Assembly (NCBI GenBank): GCA_043813875.1
Contig: JBDRKP010000056.1
Coordinates: forward strand, 1-25,456
DNA length: 25,456 bases
Direction of reading: 5' to 3'
Source of the DNA: an archaeon
Lineage (GTDB): Archaea > EX4484-52 > B79-G9
Positions 15,978 to 22,962 of this stretch are shown piece after piece. Within the stretch, counting starts at the first letter, position 1. The number at the start of each line of letters is the position of its first letter. The position numbers were made by a program, and so were the translations under genes. Under the pieces are notes generated by a model, which had not been told where the DNA came from, did not search any database, and saw nothing but the letters and a program-made list of their open reading frames with translations.

Positions 15978-17174
15978 TTATTTCTTGCCTTCACTATAGT
16001 TCAAATACTTCACGAAGGTTGCGAGCTTTGGATTCTTTATCAGGATCTTTAGCAGCTTGTGTGTCTTGCCGCATGCAAGGTCAACTATGTCCTGACCGCT
16101 GAATGCTTTTGTAATCATGTTTAAATCGGAATCAGATACCCGACGGTATATATTTACTACTTTTTCGACATCCTGTAATTTCTTCCCTCTTTTTTCCCAC
16201 CATAGGGTGTTGTATGTGTCAAGAGCAGCCTTTGACGTGTCGCATGAATCAATCGCCTGTTTTATTACAGCAGATGCAATCTCGGCGGAAAATGAGGCTT
16301 CTTGGAGGCCGCCGCCATGAAGAGGGTTTACCTGGTGGGCTGCATCGCCCACAGCAAGGAAATTATCTGTTGTCATGACGCTGAGGAAACCTCCTACAGG
16401 GATTGCGCCGCAATTCTCTTCGATTATTGAGCCTTTTTTTATTTCCGGATGAGTATCAATCCAGTTGTCAAGATAATATTTGGCGGTCTTTTCGTGATTG
16501 CTGCCAATACATATGCCTACGTTGGCGATATGAGCACCTTTGGGGAATATCCAGATATATCCGCCGGGAGCAATGCCGGTGCCGACATAGAAATATAGTT
16601 TGTGATGGTCACTGATATCTATGTTTGCCATCTCATACTGATAGCCTGCGTCTAGTGTGTTTTTTGTGTTTCTTGTGGGAAGCCCGGCTATTCTTGAGAT
16701 CTTTGATTCTACTCCGTCTGCGGCAACGAGCATATTGCCATATATCTCTTTCTGTTCTCCGTTATAGTTCACCCTTACGCCGGAGATGATGCCGTCTGTG
16801 CGAATCAAATCGAATGCATCGGCTTTTGTGTAGATTTTCGCCCCTGCTTTTGATGCGTCGTATGCCAGATATTTGTCAAATACCTTGCGCTCGAGGACGT
16901 AGCCGCCCTGGCCGCCGGGCAATTCTATTGAACTGCCGTCGGGGGTGATAAACAGGCCGCCGTCTATTGTCTGTGCAATGAATTGCTCTTTTCCTGTGTA
17001 GCCGAGGCGCTCTAAGTCCTGATGGCCAATGCCTTCTGCACAGCGTTTGGGTGCGCCGATTTCTGGCCTCTTTTCGAGAACGAGCACTTTAAGGCCGTAT
17101 TCTGCGCATTTTTTTGCGGTTATTGTGCCTGCAGGACCTGCGCCTATTATTATTACGTCGTATCTTTGATCCAT
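15978..17174 (-). CDS. Geranylgeranyl reductase family flavoprotein (DGGGPL reductase-like), paralog 2
   Basis: Same motifs as paralog 1; 45 of the first 50 aa are identical to it. Confidence 0.92.
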   Translation of the reverse strand: MDQRYDVIIIGAGPAGTITAKKCAEYGLKVLVLEKRPEIGAPKRCAEGIGHQDLERLGYTGKEQFIAQTIDGGLFITPDGSSIELPGGQGGYVLERKVFDKYLAYDASKAGAKIYTKADAFDLIRTDGIISGVRVNYNGEQKEIYGNMLVAADGVESKISRIAGLPTRNTKNTLDAGYQYEMANIDISDHHKLYFYVGTGIAPGGYIWIFPKGAHIANVGICIGSNHEKTAKYYLDNWIDTHPEIKKGSIIEENCGAIPVGGFLSVMTTDNFLAVGDAAHQVNPLHGGGLQEASFSAEIASAVIKQAIDSCDTSKAALDTYNTLWWEKRGKKLQDVEKVVNIYRRVSDSDLNMITKAFSGQDIVDLACGKTHKLLKILIKNPKLATFVKYLNYSEGKK

Positions 17175-17185
17175 TCAGTCACACT

Positions 17186-17368
17186 CTAGAGGTTTGTGGT
17201 AAGTCTCAATGCGCCTACTGGACAGAAGATGGTGCATGTGGCGCATTCTGTGCACTGGTTTTTGTCGACTATGATCATCATGTCTTTTAATGTGAGGGCG
17301 TCTTTCGGGCATATCGAGACGCAGCCGCCGCATGACAAGCATCTGCTTTTGTTGACGTTTAATACCAT
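17186..17368 (-). CDS. 2[4Fe-4S] dicluster ferredoxin
   Basis: CLSCGGCVSICP and CTECATCTIFCP; 11 nt upstream of GGR paralog 2. Confidence 0.93.
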   Translation of the reverse strand: MVLNVNKSRCLSCGGCVSICPKDALTLKDMMIIVDKNQCTECATCTIFCPVGALRLTTNL

Positions 17369-17581
17369 ATTGCATATCCTGTGATGTTATATCCTTATTG
17401 AATGCTTTTGAAGATTAATAAAATTAACTCTATTTTTGTATCATTGGGTGTAGAATGGCATATTTCCGGTAGTCTGTGGATAACTTGTAAGCGGATTATT
17501 CATACGAATGATATATTTATTATATTTCTTTTTTATATTGATGTTATCGGCCAATGAGGCATAAGAAGGAAATGATCCGGT

Positions 17582-18097
17582 ATGAGCCCTAAAGATGACA
17601 ACTGTTTTGGAAGTAAAGGTCCTGAGGTTTCAAAGAAGGTGGCGGATGATTGTGAGCCCACCACTAATATCGCAAACAAGGATCATGCCAAGAAGGATAC
17701 TGTGACCATAAATGAAAAGGAGAAGAGCGTCTTGTTGTCTCTTAATCCAAGGCTCTACCCACAGACTGCCGTGATGAGGGCATCTTACAGGTTCATCGAT
17801 GATTTTGATGTGATTGTTGACGGTGATCCGCTTTCTATTATCTTTGTGACGATAAAGGCAAAGGCGGAGGATGATGCGTCCCTCTCAGAACTTGAGGAAC
17901 TTGCGCACGCTTTTTTTAAGGAGCTTATCCATGCCAATGTCGAGGAGACGCAGGCGCGAAGGTATGCTGATACGAGGAATGCGCTTATCGGCGCGTCGCT
18001 TAGGAGCATGATGCCTTCTCTTGCTCTAAAGGAAAAGGAAAGCGAGATGGTGAAGGTAAAGGAAAAGAAAGAGAATAAGAAATCTAATTCCTGCTGA
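17582..18097 (+). CDS. hxsD: HxsD-like protein (His-Xaa-Ser system accessory protein)
   Basis: LYPQTAVMRASYRFIDDF…IFVTI…FFKELI…TRNALIGASL fits the HxsD pattern as I recall it (LY…A.Y.F.D…F..EL…R..LI..AL); the HxsB/HxsC-like neighbours support this. Confidence 0.72.
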   Translation: MSPKDDNCFGSKGPEVSKKVADDCEPTTNIANKDHAKKDTVTINEKEKSVLLSLNPRLYPQTAVMRASYRFIDDFDVIVDGDPLSIIFVTIKAKAEDDASLSELEELAHAFFKELIHANVEETQARRYADTRNALIGASLRSMMPSLALKEKESEMVKVKEKKENKKSNSC

Positions 18098-18113
18098 GTC
18101 CGGTCTTTTTTAT

Positions 18114-19172
18114 CTATGGTGGGCAGGGGAGGTAAGGGCTGACGTGTTTTTTGAATACGTCACAAGTGATGCATCCCTGCTTTTTGTTTCCGTTGTTCAG
18201 TATGGCTGCTTTTTTCAGCAATGTGTCGCAGTAGGTGCAGCTTTCGCAGTCTAATGCGCATTTTTGCATGGTGTTGAAGAAGTCAAGCCTGTCGAGGACT
18301 TTGTTGTTTATGAAGGTGAACATGCATTTCATGCCGGTCATGTCGAGAAGGTCTAAGAGGTCGCCGTTGTATTGCTCGTCTATGTAGGCTTTTAATGTGG
18401 TCTCTATCTGTGGTGTCGTGAATGTCCTTGTGGCCAGCTTGAAGTAATCAGTGAAGGGCTTGTAGTGCTTTATGTCTTCGGGCCTTATGAATGGTATCCT
18501 GAATACTTTTTTTGGGTCTTTTCTTATGACTGTTATGCAGGAGTGCGCAAGGAACTGGGCGTCGGGTGTCCTGTGGGCTATCGAGTTGAAATGCATAAGC
18601 CTAAAGGGGCAGTTGCTTAGGCAGCCCTCGTTCAGCAGGAGCTTGATTTTCAGGCCTGTGGCTTTCTTTATATTTTTTATGAGGTCCAGGTCACGGTTTA
18701 TGTCGCGGTCCAATGTCAGGACGTCTATACCCATGTCTTTCAGGTACAGGGCGTCCTCTATTTTTGAGGTGTAGCAGTTCACGGATGAGTGGAGTTCCAG
18801 TTCTGGGATAGTATTTTTAATTTCTGTTATGTAGAATGGGTTTGTTATGGCGGCGCTTTTCAGGCCGATTTTTGCGAGATTGTTTAGGTAATCGGTCACT
18901 TTTTTCATGCGGGCCGTGTTGCCGCATCTCTTGGCTTCGCATGTTGCGTTGAGAAGGATCTGCGAGTTGATGCCGTTCTTTTCGCAGGTCTTTATAACGG
19001 TCCGGATGTTTTCACGATAGTCTTTTTCTATGGGGCGGAACCTGCCTGTTGAAAGGTACTCGGGCGGTATCGGGAAATATAGGCAATCGACGCTGTCGCT
19101 GTAGGCTTCAAGGAGTTCCAGCATCAATAGGTCATTGTTGTAGCCAATTGAATATCTTGTCTTTTTTGCCAT
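18114..19172 (-). CDS. Peptidase U32 family Fe-S protein (putative O2-independent hydroxylase)
   Basis: LLNATC, HSSVN, LDRDINRD, LLNEGCLSNCP, FIRPED and FKLATR motifs, plus C-terminal CxxxCxxCxxC and CxxC. Confidence 0.8.
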   Translation of the reverse strand: MAKKTRYSIGYNNDLLMLELLEAYSDSVDCLYFPIPPEYLSTGRFRPIEKDYRENIRTVIKTCEKNGINSQILLNATCEAKRCGNTARMKKVTDYLNNLAKIGLKSAAITNPFYITEIKNTIPELELHSSVNCYTSKIEDALYLKDMGIDVLTLDRDINRDLDLIKNIKKATGLKIKLLLNEGCLSNCPFRLMHFNSIAHRTPDAQFLAHSCITVIRKDPKKVFRIPFIRPEDIKHYKPFTDYFKLATRTFTTPQIETTLKAYIDEQYNGDLLDLLDMTGMKCMFTFINNKVLDRLDFFNTMQKCALDCESCTYCDTLLKKAAILNNGNKKQGCITCDVFKKHVSPYLPCPP

Positions 19173-19251
19173 CAGTTTTATTTAGCTGCGATAAAAATTT
19201 ATATGAGGGCGTACAATTGTTAGTATCAGATATATTGGGATGTTGAGATTC
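19173..19251. promoter_or_regulatory. Short divergent promoter region shared by the U32 gene and the precursor-rSAM operon
   Basis: One AT block taaaaatttatat (19192-19204) is readable as TATA on both strands; palindrome acaattgt at 19213-19220. Confidence 0.5.
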
Positions 19252-19551
19252 ATGGGCATACGCGATAAGATAAAGAAAATCAGGAAGTGCGAGATATTCA
19301 AGATCGCTGGAAATGAGAAAACAGGGGTTGTCAATAGCCTTGTATTGCTCGGGTCTATCGGTGCTCTTCTTGCCGTGGTTGAGCATGAGGTGGAGGCAGT
19401 CACATGCGATGCCAATAGCGAGATATCGGATACTGATTTAGAGCCTGTCGGACCTGTGATTGATGCAAGCCGGTGGAAAAATCACTGCTGGAACTGGTCT
19501 TGGTGCTGGAGCTGGGGATGGGGTTGGGATAATTCAAGCAGCAGTGAGTAA
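19252..19551 (+). CDS. Putative RiPP precursor with a C-terminal alternating Trp-Xaa core
   Basis: 99 aa (103 from ATG 19240): basic N-terminus, hydrophobic segment, acidic linker, then RWKNHCWNWSWCWSWGWGWDNSSSSE; directly upstream of two radical SAM genes. Confidence 0.85.
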   Translation: MGIRDKIKKIRKCEIFKIAGNEKTGVVNSLVLLGSIGALLAVVEHEVEAVTCDANSEISDTDLEPVGPVIDASRWKNHCWNWSWCWSWGWGWDNSSSSE

Positions 19552-19572
19552 CCCTTTCTGGTGATTGTCATA

Positions 19573-20523
19573 ATGGAGCCGGTAAAGACTGAGCGGAATG
19601 ATGCGGCACATCAACTTAAATTAGACGGTATCGTCTATTTCTCTTTGGGACTTGCGTGTGACAATGCATGCCTTCATTGCGTGGCTGAACACCGCAATGT
19701 CGATACATGGAATTCAAGAGAGAATATGAATACCTGTGAAGTTGTTTCATATTTTGACAGGATAAGCGGGAATAAGAATCTTACGCTTGAGATTTCGGGT
19801 GGGGAGCCGACGATCAGAAATGATTTCCTATACCTGATGGAATACCTGTCCATCAATGCACCGTGGATCAAGAAGATATTGCTGACCAATGGAAGGTCTT
19901 TTTCTAATGCTGATTTCACGTCGAGGGCCGCACTTTATCCACCGGAGTGCAGCCTTGTGCCGCTGCACGCCCATGAACCGAAACTCCATGATATGATAAC
20001 AAGACGTGCCGGGAGTTTCAATGAGACTGTTCTTGGCATACGAAATATGTTCGAATATGGAATGATGGTAATCCCGAAGATCGTGGCGAACAGGCTGAAC
20101 TATAAGATACTGCCGGATTTTGTGGAGTTTGTGGCGCAGAATTTCCCGGAAGCAAAGACGGTCGGCATCGATACGATGGATGTCTCGGGGGCCGCTGAGA
20201 TGAACAAGGACAGGATAGCGGTCAAACACAGCACTGTTGCCCCATACATGGAGAAAGCGATGGATACGGCTGTAAAGTACGGGATGCATGTCAATGCCAT
20301 ATATATGCCTTTCTGCCTCGTGGGCGAGAAATACAGGCAGTATATATGGGAAGGCGCTTCGATTGTCATGTACAAGGACTCTCATGGTGAAACTGTGGAT
20401 ATCAGAGGAGAGCGCGGAGTCGTCGAGGCATGTGGAGAATGCAGGTACATAGGTAGATGTCCGGGTAGCTGGTTCACCTATTTCAAGGAGTTCGGGGCAG
20501 AGGAACTGAAGCCAGTCGTGTGA
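19573..20523 (+). CDS. Radical SAM protein, HxsC-like
   Basis: CDNACLHC, SGGEPT, LTNGRSF, HDMITRRAGSFNETVLGI, PFCL and C-terminal CxxCxxxxxCxG. GGTGA at 19560-19564 precedes ATG 19573. Confidence 0.85.
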   Translation: MEPVKTERNDAAHQLKLDGIVYFSLGLACDNACLHCVAEHRNVDTWNSRENMNTCEVVSYFDRISGNKNLTLEISGGEPTIRNDFLYLMEYLSINAPWIKKILLTNGRSFSNADFTSRAALYPPECSLVPLHAHEPKLHDMITRRAGSFNETVLGIRNMFEYGMMVIPKIVANRLNYKILPDFVEFVAQNFPEAKTVGIDTMDVSGAAEMNKDRIAVKHSTVAPYMEKAMDTAVKYGMHVNAIYMPFCLVGEKYRQYIWEGASIVMYKDSHGETVDIRGERGVVEACGECRYIGRCPGSWFTYFKEFGAEELKPVV

Positions 20524-20575
20524 TTTCTTATTTTTACTCTATTTTACGGATATTTAAAGTTTATACCAAAACAGG

Positions 20576-22009
20576 ATGTTTATGGAGAGCCACATAGTAT
20601 CTCTGATAGATAAAGAGCATGAAAACCAGGATAATGGTCTTCTGCTAAACGAATATTTCCAGAAAAAACTGGGCAACGGCAGAATGCTTGTTGCGACCCG
20701 GCACGGCTCATGGTCTATCCTTTCACTTGAACAGTATGAGGCATTGCGGAGTGGAGAATTCGCCAAGGATAAAATACTTTGTCGCGAACTCAAGGAGAAA
20801 GGCATCATCCTTGATGAAAACTCTGTCCATAAGATTGTTGATGCGTTCAGGGAGAATTATCATTGTCTTGCCGATGCGCGACCTCTGTGTATCGTTTACC
20901 TGACCAACAGGTGCAACCTGAACTGCGAATACTGCCTTTCGGATACGAATGATATTGACGATGCAGATGACCTGTCTTATGAGATGATGGAGGATATTAT
21001 CAATTTCATCGCAAAGATGCCGCATGCTCACATAGCGCTCGAATTCCAGGGCGGCGAGACGCTCCTCTGCTTTGATATGCTGAAGAAATTCCTTCTGCGG
21101 TTCGATGAGAGGATGAAGGCTGCCGGAAAGGTCGTGGACTCGAAGGTCGTCGTGTCCAATCTTACGCTCATGAATGAGGAGATCGCTCTGTTCATCCTGA
21201 AGAACAATATCGGACTTTGCTCTTCTCTTGACGGGCCGAGGGAGCTTCATGATGCGAACAGGAAGTATCCTGACGGGCAGGGGTCTTATGATGCGGTCAT
21301 GAAGGGGATTGATTTTTTTGCAAAAATAGGGCGAAAGATTCCCTTAATGCCGACAATCACAGCGGAGTCTCTTAAGCTTGACCCGAAGGCGATTGTGGAT
21401 GAGTACAGGAAAGCCGGGCTTGATCATATTGTCCTTCGGCCGGTGTGTCCTATCGGGAGGGCGCGCAGCGGGTCGCTTTTGATGGAGCCGAAGGATTATT
21501 TTGAGTTCTGGAAGAAGGCTCTTGATTACATGATCGCTCTTTCTATGGACGGGAATGTGTTCTATGATAAGACTGTACAGGATATGCTGGTTGCGATATT
21601 TACGACCAGGAGGCAGAACATGTGCATGAGGCGGCCGTGCGGCGCCGGCATCAACCATTTCGCGTTCTATCTTGACGGCTCAATCTATGCATGCGATAAC
21701 GGGAAAAAGATGGATGCTTTTAAGCTCGGAAATGTTTGTGAGTCCAGTTATGAAGATGTCTTTCTGAATACATTGCAGCTTCGGGCAAATACAACTGAAT
21801 TCCAGCCGCTTTGCGATACGTGCGTGTATGGCGCTTTCTGCGGGTCGTGCATGTGCAAGTCTTATGCGAGGTCAGGAAAAGTGGTGCCTATGACTCCGAT
21901 GGATTTCGACTGCAAGATCAATAAGATGATGTTTGATCATATTTTCGATAAGATGGATGATCCAACATATCGGACTGTGTTTGAGATGTGGGTACGGCTG
22001 AAAGCATGA
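20576..22009 (+). CDS. Radical SAM/SPASM peptide maturase, HxsB-like
   Basis: N-terminal extension (TRHGSWSILS…LKEKGII), CNLNCEYC, LEFQGGE, SLDGPRELHDANR, RPCGAGI…DGSIYACD and CDTCVYGAFCGSC…C. Confidence 0.88.
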   Translation: MFMESHIVSLIDKEHENQDNGLLLNEYFQKKLGNGRMLVATRHGSWSILSLEQYEALRSGEFAKDKILCRELKEKGIILDENSVHKIVDAFRENYHCLADARPLCIVYLTNRCNLNCEYCLSDTNDIDDADDLSYEMMEDIINFIAKMPHAHIALEFQGGETLLCFDMLKKFLLRFDERMKAAGKVVDSKVVVSNLTLMNEEIALFILKNNIGLCSSLDGPRELHDANRKYPDGQGSYDAVMKGIDFFAKIGRKIPLMPTITAESLKLDPKAIVDEYRKAGLDHIVLRPVCPIGRARSGSLLMEPKDYFEFWKKALDYMIALSMDGNVFYDKTVQDMLVAIFTTRRQNMCMRRPCGAGINHFAFYLDGSIYACDNGKKMDAFKLGNVCESSYEDVFLNTLQLRANTTEFQPLCDTCVYGAFCGSCMCKSYARSGKVVPMTPMDFDCKINKMMFDHIFDKMDDPTYRTVFEMWVRLKA

Positions 22010-22920
22010 TTGAAGCGTATTTTTTGAAGGTCATAGCATTCGCTTTGATACTCTGGGTTCTCGGATTGTTCGGGAGACAGTCAATCTTTTTGTATGTATT
22101 GTTCTCTTCTGTCTCTTTTTTTGTGAGGCCGGTCGAAGCTATGCCTGAATTCATGATATCTGCCATCTTTGTGTTTCTTTTTCTGTATGTGATATCCACT
22201 ACTGTCAGGAATTCTTTCAGGAGCGGTTTTTTGAGGTTTTCAAAGCATGCTCTTCTGCAATCCTACAGGAAAAGGAGCGTGGTCTATTCTGTGTTCGTTG
22301 TGTCTTTTCTTATGATGCTTGCTGGCATCGGCGACAGGACTCTGCTTTTTTTAGGGAGCTTTTTTGGGTTTCTTGCCCTCGGGCTTCTTTCCAAAAGCGT
22401 GAGCTTCGCAAGATATGACTGTTACGGGATAATCAATTATAGGAATGCTTTCATTGCTGCTCTTTTCTATGCAGCTTATCATTCCATGTACATGGAGATA
22501 TTTGTGGGCATGATCATCGGGATACTTTATCTTGCGCTTATTGTCATCTCTTCTCTTGTGTATGATACGTTCACTTTCGAGTGCCCTGTCGGGGCGCTTA
22601 AGGAGGGGATGGTGAGCGCGGATTATGTCGTGAAAAAAGACGGCAGGGTGTACAGGAAAGAGCTGAATAATGTCATCACGTTGCAGTCTTTTTTGAGGAG
22701 AAGGATAATGCTACGCGCAGAGGGTGAGGAGATTGTCATCAGTCCTCTTCGGGCGCTGTCAAAGAAGGATATTGATTTTTTGAAGAACATGAAAAAGGGC
22801 AGGGAGTTTGATTCTTTATGCGTGCAGAATACTGTGGATATGAGAGCCTTTGTCGTTGGGGGCATTATCCTTTCTACTGTTGTCTTTTATATTTACCCTT
22901 ATCTTGTCGTTTTTGTATAG
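22006..22920 (+). CDS. Polytopic membrane protein with a C-terminal region resembling archaeal A24 prepilin/preflagellin peptidases
   Basis: ATGA overlap with the hxsB-like stop; multiple TM segments; GIGD at 22324-22335; soluble insert beginning VGALKEGMV followed by a final TM helix. Confidence 0.6.
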   Translation: MIEAYFLKVIAFALILWVLGLFGRQSIFLYVLFSSVSFFVRPVEAMPEFMISAIFVFLFLYVISTTVRNSFRSGFLRFSKHALLQSYRKRSVVYSVFVVSFLMMLAGIGDRTLLFLGSFFGFLALGLLSKSVSFARYDCYGIINYRNAFIAALFYAAYHSMYMEIFVGMIIGILYLALIVISSLVYDTFTFECPVGALKEGMVSADYVVKKDGRVYRKELNNVITLQSFLRRRIMLRAEGEEIVISPLRALSKKDIDFLKNMKKGREFDSLCVQNTVDMRAFVVGGIILSTVVFYIYPYLVVFV

Positions 22921-22962
22921 GGCGCTGGTCTATTGTGGTCTATCGCGGGCGTATTGAGGCGC

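Noticed and set aside
18114..19172. U32 protein as the leader peptidase (collagenase-like annotation)
   Set aside because: Characterised U32 members are Fe-S hydroxylation proteins and this one is Cys-rich; protease activity is not excluded but has no support here.
19132..19415. Minus-strand ORFs of 84 and 77 aa overlapping the precursor
   Set aside because: Antisense to the better-supported precursor, overlapping the divergent promoter, and with no recognisable features.
19489..19527. TGG-NNN periodicity as a microsatellite or CRISPR-like repeat
   Set aside because: Only the Trp codons repeat and the spacer codons vary; it is explained by the encoded peptide.
19252..22009. Calling the cluster a darobactin (dar) operon or a canonical His-Xaa-Ser locus
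   Set aside because: No DarBCD-type ABC transporter, the rSAM motifs are Hxs-like rather than DarE-like, and the precursor has no HxS repeats.
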